Positions 12,683 through 26,600 of a stretch of 64,000 nucleotides of DNA are shown piece by piece (position 1 is the first letter of the stretch; each line of letters opens with the position of its first letter). Below the pieces are notes generated by a model. The model saw only the letters and a program-made list of their open reading frames with translations. It was not told where the DNA came from and made no database searches. The translations under genes and the position numbers were made by a program. The DNA comes from the human T2T-CHM13v2.0 reference genome, Homo sapiens, in NCBI RefSeq assembly GCF_009914755.1, contig NC_060933.1; one strand, given 5' to 3'.

Positions 12683-15600
12683 GGATTCAACCCGAATAGA
12701 ATGGATTCAACCCGAATGGAATGGAAAGGAATGGAATAAACCCGAGTGGAATGGCATGGAATGGAGTGGAATGGAATGGAATGGAAGGGAATGGAATGGA
12801 ATGGAATGGAATGGAACGAAATGGAATGGAATGGAATGGAATGGAATGGAATGGAATGGAATGGACCCGTGTGCAATTGAATGGAATCGAATGGAATGGA
12901 ATGCAATGGAATGGATTCAACTAGAATGGAATGGAAAGGAATGGAATCAACTCGAGTGGAATGGCATGGCATGGAATGGAATGGAATGGAATGGAATGGA
13001 ATGGAAAGGTAGGGAATAGAATGGAATGGAACGAAATGGAATGGAATGGAATGGAATGAATGGCATGGAATGGAATAGAATGGAATCCACCCGATTGCAG
13101 GGGAATGGAATGGAACGGAATGCAATGGAATGGAATGGAATGGATTCAACCCGAATGGAATGGAAAGGAATGGAATCAACCCGAGTGGAATGGCATGGAA
13201 TGGAATGGAATGGAATGGAATGGAATGGTACGGAATAGAATGGAATGGAACGAAATGGAATGGAATGGAATGGAATGGAATGGAATGGAATGGAATGGAA
13301 TGGAATGGAATCAACCTGAGTGCAATGGAATGGAGTGGAATGGAATGTAATGGAACGGAAACAACCCGAATGGAATGGAATGTAATGGAGTGTAAGGGAA
13401 TTGAATACAATCAATCCGAATGTAATGGAAGGGAATGGAACGGAATGGAATGGAATGGAATGGAATGGAATGGAATGGAATGAAATGGAATGGCAGGGAA
13501 TGGAATGGAATCAACCCGAGTGCAAAGGAATGGAATGGAATGGAATGGAATGGAATGGAATGGAATGGAATGGATTCAACCCGAATGGAATGGAAAGGAA
13601 TGTAATAAACCTGAGTGGAATGGCATGGAATGGAATGGAATGGAATGGAATGGTACGGAATAGAATGGAATGGAACGAAATGGAATGGAATGGAATGGAA
13701 TGGAATGGAATCAACCTGAGTGCAATGGAATGGAGTAGAATGGAATGTAATGGAATGGAAACAACCCGAATGGAATGGAATGTAATGGAGTGTAAGGGAA
13801 TTGAGTACAATCAGTACGAATGTAATGGAATGGAATGGAACGGAATGGAATGGAATGGAAAGGAATGGAATCAACACGAGTGCAGGGGAATGGAATGGAA
13901 TGGAATGCAATGGAATGGAATCATCCTGAATGGAATGGAATGCAATGGAATGGAATCAATCAACCCGAGTGCAATAGAATACAGAGGAATGGAATGGAAT
14001 GGAATGGAAACTACCCGAATGGAATCGAATGTAATGGAGTGTAAGGGAATTAAAAAGAATCAATCCGAATGTAATTGAATTGAATGGAAAGGAATGGAAT
14101 GGAATGGAACGGAATGGAATGGAATGGAATGAAATGGAATGGCATGGAATGGAATGGAATCAACCCGAGTTCAATGGAATGGAATGGAATGGAATGGAAT
14201 GGAATGGAATGGAATGGAATGGATTCAACCCGAATGGAATGGAAAGGAATGGAATAAACCCGAGTGAAATGGCATGGAAGGGAATGGAATGGAATGGAAT
14301 GGTAAGGAATAGAATGGAATGGAACGAAATGGAATGGAATGGAATGGAATGGAATGGAATGGAATGGAATGGGTTCAACTGGAATGGAATGGAAAGGAAT
14401 GGAATCAACCCGAGTGCAATGGAATGGAGTGGAATGGAATGGAATGGAATGGAATCAACCCGAGTGCAATGGAATAGAATGGAATGGAATGGAATGGAAT
14501 GAATTCAACCCGAATGGAATGGAAAGGAATGGAATAAACCCGAGTGGAATGGCATGGAATGGAGTGCAATGGAATGGAATGGAATGGTACGGAAGAGAAT
14601 GGAATGGAACGAAATGGAATGAAATGGAATAGAATGGAATGGAATGGAATGGAATGGAATGAACCCGTGAGCAATGGAATGGAATCGAATGGAATGGAAT
14701 CGAATGGAATGGATTCAACTCGAATGGAATGGAAAGAAATGGAATCAACCCGAGTGGAATGGCATGGAATGGAATCGAATGGAATGGAAAGGAATGGAAT
14801 CAACCCGAGTGCAGAGGAATGGAATGGAATGGAAGGCAATGGATTGGAATGAAATGGAATGGCATGGAATGGAATGGAATCAACCCGAGTTCAATGGAAT
14901 TGAATGGAATGGAATGGAATGGAATGGAATGGAATAAACTCGATTGCAAAGGAATGGAATGGAATGGAATGGAATGGAATGGAATGGAATGGAATGGAAT
15001 TAACCCTAATAGAATGGAATGGAATGGAATAGAATGGAATGGAATGGAAGGGAATGGAATGGAATGGAATGGAATTAACCCGAATAGAATGGAATGGAAT
15101 GGAATTGAATGGAATGGAATGGAATGGAATCAACTCGATTTCAATGGAATGGAATGGAATGGAATGGAATGGAATGGAATGGAATGGAATAGAATGGAAT
15201 CCACCCGAGTGCAGGGGAATGGAATGGAATAGAATGCAATGGAATGGAATCATACGGAATGGAATGGAATGGAATGGAATTGAATGGAATGGAAAGGAAT
15301 GGAAACAACCCGAATGGAAAGGAATGTGATGGATTGTAAGGGAATTGAATAGAATCAATCCGAATGTAATGGAATTGAATGGAACGGAATGGAATGGAAT
15401 GGAATGGAATGGAATGGAATGCAAAGGAATGGGATCAACCCGAGTGCAATGGAATGGAATCGAAAGGAAAGGAATGGAATGGAAAGGCTTCACCCCGAAT
15501 GGAATGGAAAGGAATGGAATCAACCCGAGTTGAATGGAATGGAATGGAATGGAATGGAATGGAATGGAATGGAATGCAATGGAATGGAACGGAATGGAAT

Positions 15601-18600
15601 CAACCCGATTGCAATGAAACTGAATGGAATGGAATGGAATGGAATGGAATTAACCCAAATAGAATGGAATGGAATGGAATGGAATGGTATGGAATGGAAT
15701 GGAACGGAATGGAATGGAATGGAATTGAATGGAATCAACCCGGGTGCAGGGGAATGCAATTGAATGGAAGGCAATGGAATGCAATCATCCGAAATGGAAT
15801 GGAATTGAATGGAATGGAATGGTTTCAACCCGAATGGAATGGAATGGAAAGGAATCAACCCGAGTGGAATGGCATGGAATGGAATGGAATGGAATGGAAT
15901 GGAATGGAATGGAATGGTATGGAATAGAATGGAATGGAACGAAATGGAATGGAAGGGAATGGAATGGAATGGAATGGAATCAACCCGACTGCAATGGAAT
16001 GGAGTGGAATGGAATGGAATGGAATGGAAACAACCCGAATGGAATGGAATGTAATGGAGTGTAAGGGAATTGAATACAATCAATACGAATGTAATGGAAT
16101 GGAATGGAACGGAATGGAATGGAATGGAATGGAATGGAATAGAATGGAATCCACCCGATTGCAGGGGAATGGAATGGAATGGAATGCAATGGAATGGAAT
16201 GGAATGGATTCAACCCGAATAGAATGGAAAGGAAAGGAATAAACCCGAGTGAAATGGCATGGAAGGGAATGGAATGGAATGCAATGGTACGGAGTAGAAT
16301 GGAATGGAACGAAATGGAATGGAATGGAATGGAATGGAATGGAATTGGATGGAATGAACCCGTGAGCAATGGAATGGAATGGAATGGAATGGAATGGAAT
16401 GGAATGGAATGGGTTCAACTCGAATGGAATGGAAAGGAATGGAATCAACCCGAGTGGAATGGCATGGAATGGAATAGAATGGAATGGAATGGAATGGAAT
16501 GGATTCAACCCGAATAGAATGGATTCAACCCGAATGGAATGGAAAGGAATGGAATAAACCCGAGTGGAATGGCATGGAATGGAGTGGAATGGAATGGAAT
16601 GGAAGGGAATGGTACGGAATAGAATGGAATGGAACGAAATGGAATGGAATGGAATGGAATGGAATGGAATGGAATGGAATGGAATGAACCCGTGTGCAAT
16701 TGAATGGAATCGAATGGAATGGAATGCAATGGAATGGATTCAACTAGAATGGAATGGAAAGGAATGGAATCAACTCGAGTGGAATGGCATGGCATGGAAT
16801 GGAATGGAATGGAATGGAATGGAATGGAAAGGTAGGGAATAGAATGGAATGGAACGAAATGGAATGGAATGGAATGGAATGAATGGAATGGAATGGAATA
16901 GAATGGAATCCACCCGATTGCAGGGGAATGGAATGGAACGGAATGCAATGGAATGGAATGGAATGGATTCAACCCGAATGGAATGGAAAGGAATGGAATC
17001 AACCCGAGTGGAATGGCATGGAATGGAATGGAATGGAATGGAATGGAATGGTACGGAATAGAATGGAATGGAACGAAATGGAATGGAATGGAATGGAATG
17101 GAATGGAATGGAATCAACCTGAGTGCAATGGAATGGAGTGGAATGGAATGTAATGGAACGGAAACAACCCGAATGGAATGGAATGTAATGGAGTGTAAGG
17201 GAATTGAATACAATCAATCCGAATGTAATGGAATGGAATGGAACGGAATGGAATGGAATGGAATGGAATGGAATGGAATGGAATGGAATGGAATGAAATG
17301 GAATGGCAGGGAATGGAATGGAATCAACCCGAGTGCAAAGGAATGGAATGGAATGGAATGGAATGGAATGGAATGGAATGGAGTCAACCCGAATGGAATG
17401 GAAAGGAATGTAATAAACCTGAGTGGAATGGCATGGAATGGAATGGAATGGAATGGAATGGTACGGAATAGAATGGAATGGAACGAAATGGAATGGAATG
17501 GAATGGAATGGAATGGAATCAACCTGAGTGCAATGGAATGGAGTAGAATGGAATGTAATGGAATGGAAACAACCCGAATGGAATGGAATGTAATGGAGTG
17601 TAAGGGAATTGAGTACAATCAGTACGAATGTAATGGAATGGAATGGAACGGAATGGAATGGAATGGAAAGGAATGGAATCAACACGAGTGCAGGGGAATG
17701 GAATGGAATGGAATGCAATGGAATGGAATCATCCTGAATGGAATGGAATGCAATGGAATGGAATCAATCAACCCGAGTGCAATAGAATACAGAGGAATGG
17801 AATGGAATGGAATGGAAACTACCCGAATGGAATGGAATGTAATGGAGTGTAAGGGAATTAAAAAGAATCAATCCGAATGTAATGGAATTGAACGGAAAGG
17901 AATGGAATGGAATGGAACGGAATGGAATGGAATGGAATGAAATGGAATGGCATGGAATGGAATGGAATCAACCCGAGTTCAATGGAATGGAATGGAATGG
18001 AATGGAATGGAATGGAATGGAATGGATTCAACCCGAATGGAATGGAAAGGAATGGAATAAACCCGAGTGAAATGGCATGGAAGGGAATGGAATGGAATGG
18101 AATGGTAAGGAATAGAATGGAATGGAACGAAATGGAATGGAATGGAATGGAATGGAATGGAATGGAATGGAATGAACCCGTGTGCAAAGGAATGGAATGG
18201 AATGGAATGGAATGGAATGGAATAGAATGGAATGGGTTCAACTGGAATGGAATGGAAAGGAATGGAATCAACCCGAGTGCAATGGAATGGAGTGGAATGG
18301 AATGGAATCGAATGGAATCAACCCGAGTGCAATGGAATAGAATGGAATGGAATGGAATGGAATGGAATGGAATGAATTCAACCCGAATGGAATGGAAAGG
18401 AATGGAATAAACCCGAGTGGAATGGCATGGAATGGAGTGGAATGGAATGGAATGGAATGGTACGGAAGAGAATGGAATGGAACGAAATGGAATGAAATGG
18501 AATAGAATGGAATGGAATGGAATGGAATGGAATGAACCCGTGAGCAATGGAATGGAATCGAATGGAATGGAATCGAATGGAATGGATTCAACTCGAATGG

Positions 18601-20030
18601 AATGGAAAGTAATGGAATCAACCCGAGTGGAATGGCATGGAATGGAATCGAATGGAATGGAAAGGAATGGAATCAACCCGAGTGCAGAGGAATGGAATGG
18701 AATGGAAGGCAATGGATTGGAATGAAATGGAATGGCATGGAATGGAATGGAATCAACCCGAGTTCAATGGAATTGAATGGAATGGAATGGAATGGAATGG
18801 AATGGAATGGAATAAACTCGATTGCAAAGGAATGGAATGGAATGGAATGGAATGGAATGGAATGGAATGGAATGGAATGGAATGGAATTAACCCTAATAG
18901 AATGGAATGGAATGGAATAGAATGGAATGGAATGGAATGGAATGGAATGGAATGGAATGGAATTAACCCGAATAGAATGGAATGGAATGGAATTGAATGG
19001 AATGGAATGGAATGGAATCAACTCGATTTCAATGGAATGGAATGGAATGGAATGGAATGGAATGGAATGGAATGGAATGGAATAGAATGGAATCCACCCG
19101 AGTGCAGGGGAATGGAATGGAATAGAATGCAATGGAATGGAATCATACGGAATGGAATGGAATGGAATGGAATTGAATGGAATGGAAAGGAATGGAAACA
19201 ACCCGAATGGAAAGGAATGTGATGGATTGTAAGGGAATTGAATAGAATCAATCCGAATGTAATGGAATTGAATGGAACGGAATGGAATGGAATGGAATGG
19301 AATGGAATGGAATGGAATGCAAAGGAATGGGATCAACCCGAGTGCAATGGAATGGAATCGAAAGGAATGGAATGGAATGGAAAGGCTTCACCCCGAATGG
19401 AATGGAAAGGAATGGAATCAACCCGAGTTGAATGGAATGGAATGGAATGGAATGGAATGGAATGGAATGGAATGGAATGCAATGGAATGGAACGGAATGG
19501 AATCAACCCGATTGCAATGAAACTGAATGGAATGGAATGGAATGGAATGGAATTAACCCAAATAGAATGGAATGGAATGGAATGGTATGGAATGGAATGG
19601 AACGGAATGGAATGGAATGGAATTGAATGGAATCAACCCGGGTGCAGGGGAATGCAATTGAATGGAAGGCAATGGAATCCAATCATCCGAAATGGAATGG
19701 AATTGAATGGAATGGAATGGTTTCAACCCGAATGGAATGGAATGGAAAGGAATCAACCCGAGTGGAATGGCATGGAATGGAATGGAATGGAATGGAATGG
19801 AATGGAATGGAATGGAATGGTATGGAATAGAATGGAATGGAACGAAATGGAATGGAAGGGAATGGAATGGAATGGAATGGAATCAACCCGACTGCAATGG
19901 AATGGAGTGGAATGGAATGGAATGGAATGGAAACAACCCGAATGGAATGGAATGTAATGGAGTGTAAGGGAATTGAATACAATCAATACGAATGTAATGG
20001 AATGGAATGGAACGGAATGGAATGGAATGG
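12683..20030 (-). repeat. Near-tandem dimer of a ~3.8-3.9 kb higher-order unit: ~12683-16110 and ~16501-20030
   Basis: Both copies start with the 20-bp doublet ggattcaacccgaatagaat-ggattcaacccgaat and share aaaggtaggg, gagtacaatcagtacg, aatacagagg, aaaggcttcaccccg, gcaatgaaactg and cccgggtgcag. ORF offsets run from 3803 to 3903. Confidence 0.9.
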
Positions 20031-20613
20031 AATGGAATGGAATGGAATGGATTCAACCCAAATGGAATGGAAAGCAATGGAATCAACCCGAGTGGAATGG
20101 CATGGAACGGAATGGAATGGAATGGTATGGAATAGAATGGAATGCAAAGAAATGGAATGGAATGGAATGGAATGGAACGGAATGGAATGGAAAGGAATGG
20201 AATGGAATGGAATGGAATAGAATGGAATGGAACGAAATGGAATGGAATGGAACGGAATGGAATGGAATCAATCCGAGTGGAATAGAAGGGAATGCAATCG
20301 AGTAGAATGGAAAGGAATGGAATCAACCAGAGTGGAATGGAAGGGAATGGAATGGAATGGAATGGAATGGAATGGAATGGAATGGAATCAAGTCGATTGC
20401 AATGGAATGTAATGGAATGGAGTGGAATGGAATTAACGCGAATAGAATGGAATGGAATGGAATGGAATGGAATGGAATGGAATGGAATGGAATCAACCTG
20501 AGTGCAGGGGAATGGAATGCAATGGAATGCAATGGAATGCAAAGGAATGGAATGGAATGGAATGGAATCAACGCGAGTACAGGGGAATGGAATTTAATGG
20601 AATGCAATGGAAT

Positions 20614-20628
20614 GGAATCTTCCGGAAT
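20614..20628. promoter_or_regulatory. Perfect three-unit heat shock element (nGAAnnTTCnnGAAn) formed by a satellite variant; first of 21 copies counted
   Basis: gGAAtcTTCcgGAAt matches the canonical HSF trimer site. This is a motif match only; binding is not shown. Confidence 0.45.
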
Positions 20629-23600
20629 GGAATGGAATGGAATGGAATCAACCCGAGTGCAATGGAATGGAGAGGAATGGAATGGAATGGAATGGAACAA
20701 CCCGAATGGAATCGAATGTAATGGAGAGTAAGGGAGTTGAATAGAATCAATCCGAATGTAATGGAATGGAATGGAACGGAATGGAATTGAATGGTATCGA
20801 ATGGAATGCAATGGAATGGAATCAACCCGAGTGCAATGGAATGGAGAGGAATGGAATGGAATGGAATGGAAACTACCCGAATGGAATGGAATGTAATGGA
20901 GTGTAAGGGAATTGAATAGAATCAATCCGAATGTAATGGAATGGAATGGAACGGAATGGAATGGAATGGAATGGAATGGAATGCAATGGAATGGAATCAA
21001 ACCGAGTGCAATCGAATGGAATCGAATGGAATGGAATGCAATGGAATGGATTCAACTTGAATGGAATGGAAAGAATGGAATCAACACGAGTGGAATGGCA
21101 TGGATTGGAATGGAATAGAATGGAATCAACCCGAGTACAGGGGAATGGAATGGAATGGAATGCAATGGAATGGAATCATCCGTAATGGAAAGGAAAGGAA
21201 TGGAATGGAATGGAATGGAATGGAATGGAATGGAATGGAATGGAATCAACTCGATTGGAATGGAATGGAATGGAATGGAATGGAATTAACCCGAATGGAA
21301 TGGAATGGAATGGAATGGAATGGAAAGAAAAGGAAGGGAATGGAATGGAATAGAATGGAATGGAATGGAAACAACGCGAGTGCAGGGGAATGGAATGGAA
21401 TGGAATGCAATGGAATGGAATCTTCCGGAATGGAATGGAATGGAATGGAATGGAATGGAATGGAATCAACCCGAGTGCAATGGAATGGAGTGGAATGGAA
21501 TGGAATGCAATGGAACAACCCGAATGGAATGGAATGTAATGGAGAGTAAGGGAGTTGAATAGAATGAATCCGAATGTAATGGAATGGAATGGAACGGAAT
21601 GGAATTGAATGGAATGGAATGGAATGGAATGGAATGGAATGATACGGAATAGAATGGAATGGAACGAAATGGAATGGAATGGAATGGAATGGAAGGGAAT
21701 TGAATGGAATGGAATGATACGGAATAGAATGGAATGGAACGAAATGGAATGGAATGGAATGGAATGGAATGGAATGGAATGGAATGGAATCGTTCCGAGT
21801 GGAATAGGAGGGAATGTATTCGAGTGGAATGGAAAGGAATGGAATCAACCAGAGTGGAATTGAAGGGAATGGAATGGAATGGAAACTAATAGAATGGAAT
21901 CAACCCGAGAGGAATGGAATGGAAAAGACTGGAATGGAATGGAATGGAATGGAATCAACTCGATTGTAATGGAATGGAATGGAATGGAATGGAATTAACC
22001 CGAATAGAATGGAATGGAATGGAATGGAATGGAATGGACCGAAAAGGAAGGGAATGGAATGGAATAGAATGGAATGGAATGGAATCAACGCGAGTGCAGG
22101 GGAATGGAATGGAATGGAATGGAATGGAATGGAATGGAATGGAATGGAATCAACCCGAGTGCAATGGAATGGAGTGGAATGGAATGGAATGGAATGGAAC
22201 AACCCGAATGGAATGGAATGTAATGGAGAGTAAGGGAGTTGAATAGAATGAATCCGAATGTAATGGAATGGAAAGGAACGGAACGGAACGGAATGGAATG
22301 GAATGGAATGGAATGGAATGGAATCAACTCGAGTGCAGGGGAATGGATTGGAATGGAATGCAATGGAATGGAATCTTCCGGAATGGAATGGAATGGAATG
22401 GAATGGAATGAAATGCAATGGGTTCAACTCGATTGCAATGGAATGGAATAGAATGGAATGCAATGGAATGGAATGGAACTAATTCGAATAGAATGGAATG
22501 GAATGTAATGGAACGGAATGGAACGGAATGGAATGGAATGGAATGGTATGGAACAGAATGGAATGGTACGGAATAGAATGGAATGGAACGAATAGTAATG
22601 GAATGGAATTGAATGGAATGGAATGGAATGGAATGGAATCAACGCGAGTGCAGGGGAATGTAATGGAACGGAATGCAATGGAATGGAATCATCCGCAATG
22701 GAATGGAATGGAATGGAATGGAATGGAATGGAATGGAATCAACCCGAGTGCAATGGAATGGAGTGGAATGGAATGGAATGGAATGGAATGGAATGGAATG
22801 GAATCGTTCCGAGGGGAATAGGAGGGAATGTATTCGAGTGGAATGGAAAGGAATGGAATCATCCAGAGTGGAATGGACGGGAATGGAATGGAATGGAAAC
22901 TAATAGAATGGAATCAACCCGAGTGGAATGGAATGGAAGGGACTGGAATGGAATGGAATGGAATGGAATCAACTCGATTGCAATGGAATGGAATGGAATG
23001 GAATGGAATGGAATTAACCCGAATACAATGGAATGGAATGGAATGGAACGGAATGGAGTGGAATGGAATGGAATCAACCCGAGTGCAGGGGAATGGAATG
23101 GAATGGAATGCAATGGAATGGAATCCTGCGGAATGGAATGGAATGGAATGGAATGCAAAGCAATGGAATCAACTCGATTGCAATGGAATGGAATGGAATG
23201 GAAAGGAATACATTGGAATCAACCCGACTGGAATGGAATGGAAAGGACTGGAATGGAGTGGAATGGAATGGAATGGAATGGAATGGAATCAACTCGATTG
23301 GAATGGAATGGAATGGAATGGAATGGAATGGAATGGAATGGAATGGAATTAACCCGAATAGAATGGAATGGAATGGAATGGAACGGAACGGAATGGAATG
23401 GAATGGAATGGAATGGAATGGAATGGAATGGAAACAACCCGACAGCAGGGGAATGCAATGGAATGGAATGCAATGGAATGGATTCTACTTGAATGGAATG
23501 GAAAGAATGGAATCAACACGAGTGGAATGGCATGGATTGGAATGGAATGGAATGGAATCAACCCGAGTACAGGGGAATGGAATGGAATGGAATGCAATGG

Positions 23601-26600
23601 AATGGAATCATCCGTAATGGAATGGAAAGGAATGGAATGGAATGGAATGGAATCAACTCGATTGCAATTGAACGGAATGGAATGGAATTAACCCGAATAG
23701 AATGGAATGGAATGTAATGGAACGGAACGAAACGGAATGGAATGGATTGGAATGGAACGGAATGGAATGGAATGGAACGGAAAGGAATGGAATGGAATGG
23801 AATGGAATGGAATGGAATGGAATGGAATCAACGCAAGTGCAGGGGAATGGAATGGAATGGAATGGAATGGAAAGAACCCGACAGCAGGGGAATGGAATGG
23901 AATGGAATGGAAACAACCTGACTGCAGGGGAATGGAATGGAATGGAATGCAAAGGAATGGATTCAACTTGAATGAAATGGAAAGAATGGAATCAACACGA
24001 GTGGAATGGCATGGATTGGAATGGAATGGAATGGAATCAACCCGAGTACAGAGGAATGGAATGGAATGGAATGCAATGGAATGGAATCATCCGTAATGGA
24101 ATGGAAAGGAATGGAATGGAATGGAATGGAATGGAATCAACTCGATTGCAATCGAACGGAATGGAATGGAATTAACCCGAATAGAATAGAATGGAATGGA
24201 ATGGAACGGAACGGAACGGAATGGAATGGATTGGAATGGAATGGAATGGAATGGAATGGAACGGAAAGGAATGGAATGGAATGGAATGGAATGGAATCAA
24301 CGCGAGTGCAGGGGAATGGAATGGAATGGAATGCAATGGAATGGAATCTTCCGGAATGGAATGGAATGGAATGGAATGGAATGGAATAAACCCGAGTGCA
24401 ATGGAATGGAGTGGAATGGAATGGAATGGAATGGAACAACACGAATGGAATGTAATGTAATGGAGAGTAAGGGAGTTGAATAGAATCAATCCGAATGTAA
24501 TGGAATGGAATGGAACGGAATGGAATGGAATGGAATGGAATGGAATGGAATGGAATGGAATCAACCCGAGTGCAATGGAATGGAGAGGAATGGAATGGAA
24601 TGGAATGGAAACTACAGGAATGGAATGGAATGTAATGGAGTCTAAGGGAATTGAATAGAATCAATCCGAATGTAATGGAATGGAATGGAACGGAATGGAA
24701 TGGAATGGAATGGAATGGAATGCAGTGGAATGGAATCAACCCGAGTGCAATCGAATGGAATCGAATGGAATGGAATGCAATGGAATGGATTCAACTTGAA
24801 TGGAATGCAAAGAATGGAATCAACACGAGTGGAATGGCATGGATGGGAATGTAATGGAATGGAATCAACCCGAGTACAGCGAAATGGAATGGAATGGAAT
24901 GCAATGGAATGGAATCATCCGTAATGGAATGGAAAGGAATGGAATGGAATGGAATGGAATGGAATGGAATCAACTCGATTGCAATCGAATGGAATGGAGT
25001 GGAATTAACCCGAATAGAATGGAATGGAATGGAATGGAACGGAACGGAACGGAATGGAATGGAATGGAATGGAATGGAAAGGAAAGGAAGGGAATGGAAT
25101 GGAATAGAATGGAATGGAATGGAATCAACGCGAGTGCAGGGGAATGGAATGGAATGGAATGGAATGGAATGGAATGGAATGGAATGGAATGGAATCAACC
25201 CGAGTGCAATGGAATGGAGTGGAATGGAATGGAATGGAATGGAACAACCCGAAAGGAATGGAATGTAATGGAGAGTAAGGGAGTTGAATAGAATCAATCC
25301 GAATGTAATGGAATGGAACGGAATGGAATGGAATGGAATGGAATGCAATGGAATGGAATCAACCCGAGTACAATGGAACGGAATGGAATGGAATGGAATG
25401 GAATGGAATGGAATGGAATGGAATGGAATGGAATGGAATGGAATCAACCCGAGTGCAATGGAATGGAGAGGAATGGAATGGAATGGAATGGAAACTACCC
25501 GAATGGAATGGAATGTAATGGAGCGTAAGGGAATTGAATAGAATCAATCCGAATGGAATGGAATGGAATGGAACGGAATGTAATGGAATGGAATGAAATG
25601 GAATCAACCCGAGTGCAGGCGAATGGAATGAAATGGAATGCAATGTAATGGAATCATCCGGAATGGAATGGAATGGAATGCAATGGAATGGAATGGAATG
25701 GAATCAACCCGACTGCAATGGAATGGAGTGAAATGGAATGGAATGGAATGGAAACAACCAGAATGGATTGGAATATATTGGAGTGTAAGGGAATTGAATA
25801 GAATCAATCTGAATGTAATGAAATGGAATGGAACGGAATGGAATGGAATGGAATGCAATACAATGGAATGGTATCAACCCGAGTGCAATCGAATGGAATC
25901 GAATGGAATGGAAAGCAATTGAATGGATTCAACTTGAATGGAAAGGAAAGAATGGAATCAACACGAGTGGAATGGCATGGATTGGAATGGAATGGAATGG
26001 AATCAACCCGAGTACAGGGGAATGGAATGGAATGGAATGCAATAGAATGGAATCATCAGTAATGGAATTGAAAGGAATGGAAAGGACTGGAATGGAATGG
26101 AATGTAATGGAATGGAATGGAATCAACTCGATTGCAATCGAATGGTATGGAATGGAATGGAATCAACTCGATTGCAATCGAATGGAATGGAATGGAATTA
26201 ACCCGAATAGAATGGAATGGAATGGTATGGAACGGAACGGAATGGAATGGAATGGAATGGAACGGAAAGGAATGGAATGGAATGGAATGGAATGGAATGG
26301 AATGGAATGGAATCAACGCGCGTGCAGGGGAATGGAATGGAATCGAATGGAATGGAAAGGAATGGAATGGAATCAACCCGAGTGCAGGGGAATGTAATGG
26401 AACGGAATGCAATGGAATGGAATCATCCGGAATGGAATGGAATGGAATCAACCCGAGTGCAATGGAATGGAGTGGAATGGAATGGAATGGAATGGAACAA
26501 CCCGAATGGAATGGAATGTAATGGAGAGTAAGGGAGTTGAAAAGAATCAATCCGAATGTAATGGAATGGAATGGAACGGAATGGAATGGAATGGAATGGA

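Noticed and set aside
12000-13000. Perfect palindrome or read fold-back artefact centred on the junction
   Set aside because: The variant words on either side are not mirror-symmetric about 12488, and the inverted matches carry substitutions.
21788-21900. aatcgttccgagtggaataggagggaatgtattcgag...ggaaactaatag module as a foreign insertion or an HSE
   Set aside because: It stays in pentamer register and recurs about 10 times, so it is degenerate satellite. Its GAA-to-TTC spacing is 3 nt, not the 2 nt of an HSE.
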